Below, one piece after another: positions 49,351 to 63,326 of a stretch of 64,000 nt of DNA. Source of the DNA: Tubiluchus corallicola (lineage: Eukaryota; Animalia; Priapulida). The notes below the pieces were generated by a model. It did no database searches. It was not told the DNA's origin and was given only the letters and a program-made list of their open reading frames with translations. Numbering within the stretch: the first letter of the stretch is position 1; every line of letters begins with the position of its first letter. The DNA lies in assembly GCA_030141605.1 (NCBI GenBank), contig JAQGDQ010000322.1, forward strand, positions 124,001 to 188,000, written 5' to 3'. The translations under genes were made by a program, and so were the position numbers.

Positions 49351-51539
49351 TGTAAAGGGAATTAACTGTGACGTCTTTTAACAAAGCGCTACGTGATTTT
49401 GCTCTAAGACGCTTGAGCTGTTAATAAGATAAGTAGCAAAGAGATAAACTGGAGACGTGACCTAGAAACGCGTTGATCACATTATGCTTTGTTATTTTAC
49501 AGTGTGTGCACAGCATTGAAGTCTTAGCATTGAATGTTTACTAGAGAACACGAGGTAGGACGAAAGTCAAGCGATCAGTCAACATAAACGCAACACACGA
49601 GTTAGAAAAGCAAATATGGATCACATAAACAATACAAAAGCCCTGTACACAAGTAAACAAAGTGAAAAAAAAATCAATAAATGGGACAGACTGGTGACCA
49701 CCACTCCCTGCATTCAGTTTGCCAAGCTTATTTGCAAACGATCCTTTGTTCAAACAAACTAGCTACTGTTCACGGCAAAAATAGGATAACAGCGGACACT
49801 TGTTGACCTTTAAACTCGCCATTCCGTAAAATTCACGCCGCAAATAAATAACCCAAGTCATTTCTGGGTCTCTCTACACACGTATGCATAACTGAACAGG
49901 GCTTAATAGCCCCACATTCAACACGAGCTAATAGAACGAAATAGAAACGCAGATCTCTGAGTACATATAACATAACACGTGACTTGATTATAGATGCATT
50001 GTGGTCAGACGTATCCACAGATCACGAGAGACTTGAAGGAATTGATGTTATTGATCGTTCACGTGACTAGTGACTAACCATCTGCTTTATAGTCAAACCC
50101 TTCAACAAAGCTTTACACAATCTTATACGACGACTTGTCGATTTCAAACTGGTTACAGTATCTTAAAAGTGAAAGGAGAATTCTATTAAAGCTCTGTCAA
50201 ACAACTGTGTCGCTGCGGTCGCAATAACACACTTCACAACGAAAGTCCCACCCACACAACATACATCACAACGAAAGTCCCACCCGCATAACTTGATAAA
50301 CATACGAAAATGCATTCATCAAAGCAAATGGTTAATATGTTCATTGTCTTGTAAGAATTCGGCTCTCTTGGACTGAAGAAATCAACTAAATCTTCTCTGA
50401 ACAATTCGGAACAAACAGACCCAAGTTACAGTAATCATTCATCATGTAAACGACTTGACTTGGAAAAGAACCGGTCTATTTTTTAACCATCAATAAAATC
50501 GGGTTCACTCAACGCAGCAACTCACCCCGTGGCTTTACAGTATTACACTGAAACTTCTAAACGTACAAACACGGAAACAGCAAATAATAGAACGCCAGTT
50601 ACCAGCTGGGAATATACGGAGACCGGTAATACAGCCACAGGAATAAGCTATGGAAAAGACACATTTTTGACTAGGAAGAAAGTCAATTTCGGCTAGGGTT
50701 AGGGTTATTTCTTTTTCCCCGTGGATTCATTTTATACTACTGTATCAAAGCTAACAGGCTGCACACTAAATTAAAACCATTCTACGTGAAAAATATCAAC
50801 TAATGCCATAAAGTATTAAAGAATTCTAGTTGTGGCAGCACGCAAGTGAAAAAGTAGAAAGTAGGTTGCGACTCATCTGTTGGTGGTCTGAACACAATCT
50901 CCTCTTGTCTGTTAACTAGTTTATGAGTTAGCGAAAGTTTCTACGTACAGAGTAGAGTGACCACAAAACTGTGTTACGGAATACAAATTTTCTTTCATAG
51001 GCTCTTTTACGACGCGCTAAACACGTATGATAGAATAAAAGACACAGAGAGTCCAGACAGTGTAACAAGTTTCAGCTACTTGGTCTAATCTGTAAATAGC
51101 CTGAGACAGAAGTTAAGTAAACGATTGCTCAGATCGCTTTTCACAAAATAAAAACAGCGGGGTATTCTGTGTGTGCGTGTGAACTAATTCCCACTCCATG
51201 CACCAATTCGACCTAGTGCAGACGGCTGGCGTGTGTGAGTGAGTGCATGCGTGCGTGCGTGGGTACGCGTGTGTGTGTGAACCAATTCCCACTCCATGCA
51301 CCAATTCGACCTAGTGCAGACGGCTTATAATACATGAATATATCTCAATCTTAACTTCTTAAATTTGAATTATGAATTTATTCCACAGCAACTCAAACAT
51401 ACCTACAAGTTGATATTACACTGAAAAAAAAATAAACTACGCGAGTTACTGTGAGGAGGAAGGAGCATTAAGCTTTCGAGTCCTCCTCCAGATAAGTGAA
51501 ACAATTGACAATTAATATTACATTTTCATCAGTTATAGC

Positions 51540-51930
51540 ATACATTAGAACAAAATAAGTTTTGTTAGTAACATAAGATCAGGATGAGTAAAATTGTGAG
51601 TTAATTATACCGTTGTAGTTAATAATTCTTTGATGCTTTTTTAAACTAATAAAGACTAAGAGTTTTAATTTCACATGGAATTGATGACCATATTTTAATA
51701 GCATTATATTTTGATAGTTTTCGACTGAATATCTTGTGTAATGATCATGTTGATTTGAAACTGGACTAAAGTATGACTGAAAAGCTGGTGGAAGTAGTGA
51801 ATTATGATACTGATACATGAAATGAAGACAATACATGCCAACCAAGGTATGACTTTGCTAGCAGTTTCAAATACTGAGTGAATCAATCGCATCTCACTGT
51901 TTTGAACTATACAATTTATTGGCATTGGAA
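51540..51930 (-). mobile_element. L2/Crack-like LINE 3' remnant
   Basis: Translation FMYQYHNSLLPPAFQSYF..HDHYTR resembles the post-RT C-terminus of L2-clade ORF2. Confidence 0.6.
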
Positions 51931-52239
51931 GTACTCGACGGCTTTATTAACAGTAGAAGGGCTACACACTTATCACATTCCACATAAACTAATTTAATTT
52001 GCTAAGCACCATATCCGACTAAACTTTTGATCGCGTACTATAACGAATCCATTTAAAATGTTAAAGGTAAAAAGTCAGGAAAAATCAGAAGAAGAAGGCA
52101 GAAGGCACAGGAAAAGAAATAATTCAAATAACCCTAACTCTAGCCAAAATTAATCGTGACTTTTTTCCTGTGACTTTGTTACCAGCTACCGCTATAACAC
52201 ACCTGTACACTACAGTAGACTAAGCAAAATTTGCTACAC

Positions 52240-52470
52240 GTATGTACTGTATGAACTGTATGTATGTATATGTATTTACAACACCTATATGTAGGTACTG
52301 TACATACTGTACTGTACGGTATGTACATGTATTTACAACACCTATATGTAGGTACTGTACATACTGTACTGTACGGTATGTACATGTATTTACAACACCT
52401 ACATGTATGTACTGTACATACTGTACTGTACGGTATGTACATGTATTTACAACACCTATATGTATGTACA
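52240..52470. repeat. 57-bp tandem repeat, 3-4 copies
   Basis: atgtatttacaacacctatatgtaggtactgtacatactgtactgtacggt units. Confidence 0.85.
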
Positions 52471-53016
52471 GAGTTGATACAGCACCAAAATACTTCACAC
52501 TGTACAAACGAATATTTTACATGTCAACATGGCTTACGACATTTTAGTATAAAGTTTCGCAAATACGTGACATCTACAGCTGTGCATAGAAGGAAGCCAT
52601 CAAAATAATTATGATATCGACTGCATCCGATAACTTGAACACGCTACACAACCGCTGAGTGACATTAAATGCGTGAACCTGTCGGAAATGCGCAGTCACA
52701 TGAACCACATTTAAATAACTCGATCGCATTCAAATATTAAGTTTGGCCAAGGGCAAGTCCCAAGACCCTGTTATGCGTCTCGATTTGAGACGAGCCAACG
52801 CACGGAGAATGCAAAATGCCCGCTAACCAAATAGATTTCTCGTTCAATTTGCACCTACAAAGCTAAATTATTTTCATTTCAAACAACTGCGGGCAAAAGC
52901 AAACAATCTCTAGATGTTTCTGACGCAGCCTCCGAAATAGAAAAGCTGCTCTCAGCCGTATAAATTTGGCATGAAATAAAAGATGACTGTCTACACATCA
53001 AAAGTTAAAGAATTGT

Positions 53017-53664
53017 CAGTACATGACATGGACATGGCAGACTCTACTAGCTATCCTGACAGTGCATGACATGGCAGACTCCACTAGCTATCCAGACAGT
53101 ACAGGACATGGACATGACAGACTCTACTTGCTATCTAGACAGTACATGACATGGACATGGCAGATTCCACTAGCTATCCAGACAGTACATGACATGGACA
53201 TGACAGACTCTACTTGCTATCTAGACAGTACATGACATGGACATGGCAGATTCCACTAGCTATCCAGACAGTACATGACATGGACATGGCAGACTGTAGC
53301 AGCTATCCAGACAGTACATGACATGGACATGGCAGACTCTACTAGCTATCTAGTCAGTACATGACATGGACATGGCAGACTGTAGCAGCTATCCAGACAG
53401 TACATGACGTGGACATGGCAGATTATACTAGCTATCCAGGCAGTACATGACATGGACATCGCAGACTCTACTAGCTATCTAGTCAGTACATGACATGGAC
53501 ATGGCAGACTGTAGCAGCTATCCAGGCAGTACATGACATGGACATGGCAGACTATACTAGCTATCCAGGCAGTACATGACATGGACATCGCAGACTCTAC
53601 TAGCTATCTAGTCAGTACATGACATGAACATGGCAGACTGTAGCAGCTATCCAGGCAGTACATG
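53017..53664. repeat. 43-bp tandem repeat, about 15 copies
   Basis: cagtacatgacatggacatggcagactctactagctatccaga variants. Confidence 0.92.
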
Positions 53665-56600
53665 GTATGGAAATCGTAAACTCAACTTGTTGTCATATAG
53701 ACAATCTACAAGCACATATAAATTTGTACATTGTGTATGCCTTTGTACAGCAAGTACAGAGATAAGGACTTACAGTTTATGCCTTTGTACATTAAGTACA
53801 GAGATAAGGACTTACAGTTTATGCCTTTGTACAGCAAGTACAGCAGTAAATTATGTGTTATAACCCATCAAGTTAAAGAGACACACTTGTATATTATGTG
53901 ATTGGAGACTAATTAAAGAATTATACAGGTGTAGATCATGAACATAGTACTGAGTTATATTCTTGCTAACTAAAGAGTATATGAACCTGTAGTTTGTTGT
54001 TTACATTATATTGTTTACTTTTGGTTATCTAATTGTGCCCTAAGTCCTGAGGTATATTCACCAAGTAATTAATTATTATCTTGCAGCTTATTGGGTTGTA
54101 GATTTTGTACTTGTACACTAAGTACAGAGTATATGCTTATTTATTATGCACTTGAACACGAAGTATTGAAGTACACGAATGCTTGTTTAGTATGTACTTT
54201 TACTGAGTAATATACTTGTATATAAGCACTTGTGCAGTAAGTACTGAATTTTATGCTGGTAGCTACTAGTAAACTAAGTACCGGGTTTTACTTGCAAAGT
54301 AACTAGTGATATATCGGGTAGTATATTGTGTACTTGTACACTAAGTCGAGTATATGCTTATTTATTATGAATTTGTACACTAAGTACTTAGTTACATGCT
54401 TGGCTGTACTTGTACTTGTACTGTATTTGTACACAAAGTATCATCTTGCCAAAGTTTTCAAGTACCTACAAATGTCAAGCATCTAAAAGCTCAACTTTGC
54501 CCAAAGTATTGGTTTCTTTCAATGTAAAAGCAACAAGTTTATTTGGGTATAACGACACCGACATGTGGCCTCTATTAGCGCAGCAAGGGATCGTAGCACG
54601 AAGCCCACCACCAAGCAGACGGAATCAGCAAGCAGTAATGCGGTAGACTCATGAAGCCACGCAGGCTGTGAACCAATCAATGACCTTGCTGGCTCCCTCG
54701 GAAACAAAAAAATGGCAAAGATATCTAAGACACGCTGCATAGTCAATATCAACTTTAGTGCAATGGCTCACTCACAGCTTGGTGACCAGACTACCTACCA
54801 AAATCAATTTCTCGATGTCGCCATCATCAACTGCACATTCCCAACAACTTCCAGTCATCTGTAGTCAACTGCTTACATACTCATTCGCCCACTCGACCCA
54901 CTTTTCCGAATCAACGTCCCACACCCGTCAACACCCCCGACTCGGATCTGGCTTCAGCATACTAGAAAGTAAACATTTTCTCCAGCTCCGCATAAATGCA
55001 TAACACTATCGAGATGCTAACAGATGCTAAGAAAATACGTGCAACCCTTACACGCAGTCGTGAGGGTCAATGCACACAGGCAGGAATACAAACAAACACT
55101 CCCTGATATTCCAACATCATTAGTAAGTGAAAAAACACGGTTTATCAACCCCAAACTTCACGTGTTTGTAAATTCATTGTTAGTTAAGCAATCCTCAATC
55201 ATTTTAACATGAACATTATCAAACGCCGAGTTTATTAGGATCACTAAAGATTAGGCAATCAGGACCACTAACAGTTTTCAATGATATGCGATAAGCAGGG
55301 CATTTATGACAAGGAAGGCAACACTTGTTTGATCATGACAGTAGCAAACAAGGTTTGTAACTGGATGGATGACCAACAGGAAAATTGTTTCGTCAGCTGA
55401 ATTGAAGCCCGTTCATTGATTGAAGGACGACTGAAAGCAGCACTTGCTTGATCATGACAGTACCAAACAAGGTTTGTAACTGGACGGATGACCATCAGGA
55501 AAATTGTTTCGCCAGTTGTAATACAGCCAGTTCATTGATTGAAGGACGACTAAGGATGTATACAAGGTTTACACCCCCAAACACGAGTAAGACACTATGT
55601 GGAAAGTTTGCATATCATTGATTATTAGTATTATCATTAATAGTCATGGATAGGCCAGTGGTAAGGTACCATCTTGGGTTGACAGTGTAAATTACCAGTA
55701 ACAAAATAACGGCCACAAACATGAGAACTGATCCATTGATACACATCCTCAAACCACCAATAGCAAAACTCCACAAAATCAGTCTCGAAGAATCCACTGG
55801 AAACTAGACGACTGACCACCACTAGGAAATGAAGCATTGCACACATAACACACCAAAAACAACTTTAAAAGTTTGTTTTAAGTTTTTCAGGGTTTTAAAA
55901 ACAGAGATTTTAAACATGATATCTGACCAAATGGTCCATTCATTGACCGATCAGCAATGGATGTTTCCTGCATCAACAATGCAGCGTATTCATTTTCATT
56001 TCAAAATATGAAGATTTCAGTTGCCATTAGAGGTTAGTTAAGTCTAGTTGTGACACTCGCGCAAATCTCCCCAAGATGGTGGATCTATACACCATTCTAA
56101 GTGGCTGGCACAATTGTCTTGGTACCAATATTCAGTAAATGGTACGCGAAGTACTTACATATTATTGCTTAAATGTAAAACACAAAACAAGTTCTACTAA
56201 TTTAGAAAAATAAGTCTTTAGAAAAAGCTCCTCCCACACCTTCTACGTCAAAGAACCATCCTCCATATTCAGTCAGTTTTTTAACGATTCACCATTAATG
56301 TACGACCAGCATAAGCTGCAATTTGTGCAAATACACGCTGTGATACAGGTTTTACATGTCAAATGTAGACCTGCGTTAACTCAAATGTAGATTTAGGTAA
56401 TTCAAACGTGTCTTGGTAACTCAAATGTAGAGTTAGGTAGTTCAAATGTGTTAACAATGGTTTTCAACAAATCTTGAGCGCTTTTGGTAAGTCAAATGTA
56501 GACACATGTCAAGTCAAATGTGACATTGGTATCTCAAATGTGGATAGGTGGTAAAGTTTAAGGATGTTAAATTTAATCTTCTTTAATTTCAATTTAATAA

Positions 56601-57563
56601 TTGCTCCTAAGTTAAAATAACAACGTTATAGGCCTACTAATAGATGCACTATCTTTGGTTTATCTTTTTCTAATTTGCACTTAAATAACTTAATTACCGA
56701 TTAATTCAAAGTATTGCATCTACATTTGACTTACCTAAGTCACATTTAAACTTTCCTGTGTATACATTTGAGGTGTAAAATCTATACAACTTATCATAAC
56801 CTCTACAACTTACGTGAGAGCCCAGCTAGGCTTAGAACAATCCAAGCTAAACGAATAGGTAAAAACGACTCTATAGTGGAACAGACGTTGAATCCAAAGC
56901 ACGTGTATGATCCACTGCACCAGGAGACAACAGAGAAAGCAAGGAGCAAGGTAACCGATGCACACCAACGTATGACAAGGGTTCCCACAAATTCCGAACT
57001 CAGCTAGTATGCGATTCAGTTCAGCACATAACATCACACTCCTGTTAACTTTGCGTTGGAATCCATGAGAAAAACCCGCTAGACGACTGCACGCACGGCT
57101 CGGGCCAGGATGCTGCCGGGAGTTTTAGTAGAAGCCAAGCGTAGTGACGTCAGTAGCGACGAAACAGAGGTTTCCAAGTTGCACGGTTTCTAGGGAGAAG
57201 AAGCTAACGCTGCGTAAGTGAATACCGTTCCCGCGGAGTCTGGTAGTGAGACTCCATAAAAACCATTTTCATAAAACTTCAGTAACTGCCTCAAGTGTCT
57301 CTTCCTGGACGAAAGGAACGCGTATAAAATTACACAATTCTCCTTACAGATGAGAACGTACGCAAAATCTTCGAAAGCGAGCCAACAGGCGTATGTATAC
57401 ACAGAATTTTATTACCTACATAAATAATTTATAAAAGTTTCTATGCCACCTGCCATCCCAACAGTTTAATCTTCCTCAAAAGGTTTCAATCGTTACAATT
57501 AAACACAGTTATTAATATTTTGAAACCAAACTTCTCCAAATGAAAGAAAATGTGAAAAACACA

Positions 57564-57638
57564 GGACAGAACTTGGATTTGAACCAGAGACTTTGCGTTT
57601 ACAAAGCAAACACCATGACTACTAGACTACTCTGCCCC
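57564..57638 (-). pseudogene. tRNA-derived sequence (tRNA pseudogene or SINE head)
   Basis: Pairable acceptor stem ggcagag/ttctgtc, A-box-like tagtctagtagt, B-box ggttcaaatcc. D and anticodon arms are imperfect. Confidence 0.5.
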
Positions 57639-58420
57639 AATTCTCATTAAATCCCTACAACTCATCAACCAATTGAACATTTCCAACGGTTAGTTTACTG
57701 TACTTACACTAGAGTAAAGCTAATTAATTTCTTTGTAATTCATATGACTTTTATTAAATAAGTTGCGTCTGTCTGTCTGTCTGTTCCGCCTGTTACAATA
57801 ATCACCAAACTTGGTGCAGGTGTAGGCCTATTAAAGAACTGGGAATCAATCGGTTAAAAAAAGTCAAAGTTCAAGGTCACGAGATGGAATCAATCGGTTA
57901 AAAAAGTCAAAGTTCAAGGTCACGGGATCAAAAAACATCAAAATAAATTTCTGAATGTAGTGACTTCGTGTCGGGTGAGAGTTTACGTGTCTATAATAGC
58001 TCTCACTCTATTTTTAATCCGTAAATACCAGCTGACTGGAACTGGATTGCAAAAAAAAGGCCATTCCAACTCAAAAATTAAACTAGTACCAACGTGACTC
58101 CAACGAAGCGTCTGCACGATCTTACTGGCAGCCATTATAACAATAATTAAAGAATACAGATGAAACCAGCAAGCTTAAAAACCTCAATTAGGAGAAAGTT
58201 TGATAATGGTTTATTGTAATAATTCAAATCTTATGCTCTTGAAACTTGAAGTCTTCTACTTAAAAAAGTCTTCGACACACTAGAAGTTTGAAGTGCGCAT
58301 GATTAGTATAATCTCTGACAAAACAACTTGCTAGTTTGTGATGACATTGGAGGTTATGATTAGAGGTGAAACAAGAGGAAATCAAACATTATGCACGTGC
58401 ACGCTAAAAACATGGTTAGA

Positions 58421-59125
58421 TTTACAGACAGGTAAGGTGTTGTGGCAACCCCATGATGCTGAGGTAAAATAAACACACAGCACAATGGTTACATAATATT
58501 GCCACAAATTTACAGACAGGTGAGGTGTTGTGGCAACCTCATGTTGTTGAGATACAATAAACACACAGCACAATGGTTACATATTAATGCCACAAATTTA
58601 TAGACAGGTAAGGTGTTGTGGCAACCTCATGATGCTGAGATACAATAAACACTCAGCACAATAGTTACATATTAATGCCACAAGTTTACAGACAGGTAAG
58701 GTGTTGTGGCAACCTCATGATGCAGAGGTACAATAAACACACAGCACAATAGTTACATATTAATGCCACAAATTTACAGACAGGTAAGGTGCTGTGGCAA
58801 CCTCATGATGCTGAGGTACAATAAACACACAGCACAATTGTTACATATTAATGCCACACGTTTACAGACAGGTAAGATGTTGTGGCAACCCCATGATGCT
58901 GAGGTAAAATAAACACACAGCACAATGGTTACATATTAATGCCACAAATTTTCAGACAGGTAAGGTGTTGTGGCAACCTCATGATGCTGAGGTACAATAA
59001 ACACACAGCACAATAGTTACATAATAATGCCACAAATTTACAAACAGGTAAGGTGTTGTGGCAACTGCATGATGCTGAGGTACAATAAACACTCAGCACA
59101 ATGGTTACATATTAATGCCTCAAAT
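58421..59125 (+). repeat. 88-bp tandem repeat, 8 copies, each with CAG|GTAAG
   Basis: caggtaag/caggtgag at 58429, 58517, 58605 and so on to 59045. Confidence 0.9.
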
Positions 59126-61749
59126 TTCAAAGTTTCAAATGCTACAGTTCTGTCACAACAAAGAAAAATAAATGTATCAAAACGGCACGCCAGGTGGCAG
59201 GCAATGTCACTGAATGTACGGCAGGTCCAGCATTACTGTTTATGTTCAGAACAATGTTTCCTAAAAACTGCATTTAAAAGTTTTATAAAACAAGAGAGAA
59301 GTGATTTGATTCACTGTAATGAGATAGAAGATTTTCAGCCAAAAATGAGTTTATAATAAAATATAAGAAGTGGCAACAGCTGACGTGGGATTCGAAAAGA
59401 AAATTCCGCATTGAGAGAAATGCGGGCAGCTTGTAAAAAGAGACGTGACCAACATTGATTATTTTTAGCCACATTATTAGCCACAGCGCAATTATTAACC
59501 CTAGTAAAAATGTGAGCTTCAATCAATGCATTTTATAAGTTCCAATCATTATACATATAAACTCATAAAACTACTACCATTCTTTTAGTTCAAATTGTTT
59601 TTTGATAACTTTCTCGTAGCCAAACCAGCAAATTATAACTATATAGTTTCTGAACACAATGAACCATATTTTAAAGGAATTCAATGTTGTTAAGTCAAGT
59701 AGTAATACTAAATTGCATACATATGCAACTAAAAACTGGATAAAACTATATAGACGCAGCAAAGCAGCTTGTAATCCAGTTTTTCCTTCGGATCTCTTAT
59801 CTATGGAAGTCTCTAGCAGAAAACGATTAACATGTACCTCCCATTACTAGCAAATAAGTTAAAGCTGTAATTCTACTTTTAGACATATCTTAACCTTTTT
59901 ATTAAAACTCCTTACTTTGAGTGACCAATGTCCACTGGCCTTTTTAGGGTGATTTGCGCAGATTGGAAAACAGAATGGAAGTCATTTACCCACATACACT
60001 GCAGTCACTACAGGATTAGCATGAAGTTGTTCAAAAAATATTATAACAATTAGGGAATTATACATAATATAATCTCTGAATCAGACACGTTCACTCTACA
60101 CTGACTACACACAAAAGCGTGAAAACAGTCATTCAACACATGAACAAAATTTAAACGAAAAAGCTTAACAGTTCTAAGTGTTAATCAAACGGTTAATCAA
60201 TTTCTGGCTTGATTTTTTTATTTCATAAAAATCGCGGACTTTAACTCTAAAGTCTTCCCGGGTGACAAAAAAAGAGCTTAACACAAGACAGGATAGATAA
60301 GCCAAATGATCATATATTAAATGATTTCAAGATTTCACCCAATTCGTTTGTCACCTGATAAGATATCTTCATAACTTAGATTATGATTCACGATTTTAAT
60401 GATTTCAACTAATTCGTTTGTCACCTGAGAACTCTTTAGCACGAACGTCGAGACAAAATGTCTTAAATTATTCATATAAATTCTGGCTGCAATACGTTAG
60501 TTCTAAACATCCAATAGATAAAAAGGTAATCGCAGAGTAGCTAACAAATCCTTTAAAAGTAACGCGACCAAGGCAACATGAAGAAAATCGGTTTTGACAG
60601 TTGGGATTAGGAAAATGACTCGAGGCAAAGCTTAAATAGTAAACAGCTAAGAGTAAGAAGTACAGCTCACATTTTCAACACAAACGTTGCAGTAGGTGTC
60701 AAGGATGATGTCCGCTGGGTTTACGTAGAAACCAAATGTTGTGATGCTGGAATGTGACTTCATTTTTTCCTTTTACACAGTTTTACAGGAATAATTTGAG
60801 ATTAATTAAAAATAACACAATTTCTTTTTAAATACTATTCCATTTTACAAGCTCATTTGAGCTTTTTGCTAATTTTTCTTTGCAAAATGTACATCCTTTA
60901 ATTTGGAAGAATTGGAATTTATTATACATGAAATCCAACCAGTAATTCCACAGCAGGTGTTTTCTCCAAACTCGCTCAACCCATTCTTTTAAATCTTGCC
61001 TAAGCACAAACTAGTAAAAAGAACTAGGAGCACACTTCACTGAGTTCTGTATTCTAGGAGTTGTACAGTGCTATTGTAGGAGGAAGAACAAAACTACAAG
61101 GTACTTTGTTTACTTTTTAAAAACATCTCTACCTTGACAACCGAGAACAGTAATTCCAAGTAATGTTTCGAGAACTTTTTCCTGGGAAAACTAGAAAACA
61201 CATTAGGGATACCATCCACTATTCTCAACAGTGGAACTATTCATTGGTCTAGCTTTTAAATTATTACGAACCAGTGTTGTAGTCAAGTCTTTCAGTTCAA
61301 GTCCAAATCTTGGACTATTAATATTGTTGATAGGAATGATTTACGTGAAATGTCTGCACATTAGGCTTGCTGATACTGGAACTAAAGTATTCCTCGAAAT
61401 ATAGGTATGTTGGTACTAAGCAGCTCGCATGCATCCATTTTCTTTCTGTACTTCTAACAAAATTATCAATGGAAACATGTGAATGATTGCATTATATGAA
61501 TTTGATATCAATGTGCCAGTTTGATGTGCACCAACAATATGGCTTTTAGCCATCGATGATTTATTACTCTTTGTCACAAGATTTGCAAGATCATTCAAGT
61601 TTGTAGTACTGAAGAAACATAATTTCGATTTTCACTTTATTTCCTTATGTCCAGGTTTGTTTATTTCCTTAGAATGGGCACCGTCTCTAAATTACGCTTA
61701 GGTTGGAGAATTACAGCCTAGACTAGAACATGTTTTAATCCTTTCATAA

Positions 61750-62050
61750 TAATTTTGACTTCTTAAAGCACGACTATCATGAAGCCCTCGATTTCTCCTT
61801 ACAAAGGTTTAAATTTGGTGCACTAACCACTCTTTCTGGCAAACTATTCCATTTGTTCACTACGCAGTGTGAAAAAAATGAACTTTTACAAATGGTTCTT
61901 GCATACCGTTTATACAATTTCTTAGAATAACCCCTAATGGACAGCAGAGGTGCAGCCTTAAATAGTGTATCACAACTAACAAGGTTGTCTCCATTTATGT
62001 TCTTGAATACCTCATACAAATCAGCTATTTCTCTTCTCAGGACGCAAAAC
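61750..62050 (-). mobile_element. CR1-type LINE 3' remnant
   Basis: RREIADLYEVFKNING..RGYSKKLYK..FFSHCVVNKWNSLPERVVSAPNLNL matches the typical CR1 ORF2 C-terminus. Confidence 0.8.
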
Positions 62051-62774
62051 AGCTGCATAACATAATCGCAGGCACCTGTCTTGAACTTTCTACAATCCCT
62101 TGATGTCAAATTATAACGATGGTGACCATACTACACTAGATTATTCTACCAAATCCTCAGGCTTTTATTCGTTTCCTCTTTACTTTTTTGATGGTGCATC
62201 ACAGGACCACAAAAATTCATTAACGCTTAATAAAAGCAACGTTTCTAAATAAAAAGTAATTAAACAATATACTGTAACTATACATACCATTGAATTTTTC
62301 TTCAGCATCAAAATTACACACGCTCACACATTTCCCCACGAACCATTTGTGTGACGTCAATGGATAATTTGGATTTTGGAAAAGTGCAGGGAACAAAAAC
62401 GATTACTGCGCCATCTGTGATGAATTTTAGTAATAAACTAATACGAATGTAATAGAACGACAAGCATTGGTCTGTGCTGATATCAATATAAAAAACAACG
62501 AACTGTACAAATAAAAGTATTTCTAACAAATACAAAGCACCTAAAAAGGCGATATATAAGTTTTTCTATGAATCCTGAAGTTAGTGAGCTCCTTTATTAT
62601 AAATGCCATGATAAAGAATTTTAACTCAAATTTTGATGTCACAATCAATCACATAGAAAAAATATCTTTTGTCACAATCATTTTTATCATTTTTAAAAGT
62701 CAGTATTAGAGACACTTTCATGCAAGCACATTTTCATGTAACAAGCAAAAGCAATATAGAAGCTTACTACCAAA

Positions 62775-63326
62775 ATGGATATTCAACTGAGTGATGCGGT
62801 CCACTACAGTCCAGAGGTTGATCCGCGGGAGTCACAGGAGCAAACAAACTTAATAGAAGCACAACAGCAGCAGCCAAATCCTCGAGTCCTTCAAATGTTT
62901 GTTCCAGATTGTCCCATGTGTCAGCAAGAGTGCGAGACACTAGCAAGTTTGCCACAGTCATTGGAGTCCTGCGACGAATCGAGTGGAACAACGATATCAA
63001 CACCGCCATCTTATGAGCAATCCTTCAATGATGAAAATTCTGGTACATATATGTATGGACTTGCACAGCCTCAAATGACAGGCTATGCAAATCAACAGCA
63101 GGCAGTTAGTCTCTCCCAAAACCCATCAATTTATGTTACATCTTCGGGAATAATCGCCCTGTACTTCAACAGCAATATTGTAATTGAAATAACACTAGAC
63201 AACGTTATCAGAGTCATAAATAACAATAACGGATCGCTATGTGCCGTAAATCGGAATGCGCACCGTAGTGTTATTTGGCACCCAGGAGGAAAAATAGTGC
63301 AAGATGGTGTTAGGGTAGAAACAGAG
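62775..63326 (+). CDS. Probable first coding exon of an uncharacterised protein (low-complexity N-terminus plus beta-rich domain)
   Basis: aaaATGG start, 184 open codons, likely donor GAG|gtttgt at 63326. The C-terminal part GIIALYFNSNIVIEITLDNVIRV..VIWHPGGKIVQDG looks globular. Confidence 0.65.

Noticed and set aside
55615-57070. Possible minus-strand gene (hydrophobic ORFs and a gtaag donor near 56812)
   Set aside because: I could not chain exons into an open frame and found no recognisable motif. It may be a pseudogene or lncRNA but is unsupported.
57564-57638. Functional tRNA gene
   Set aside because: D, anticodon and T stems are mismatched, so it is called only as tRNA-derived.
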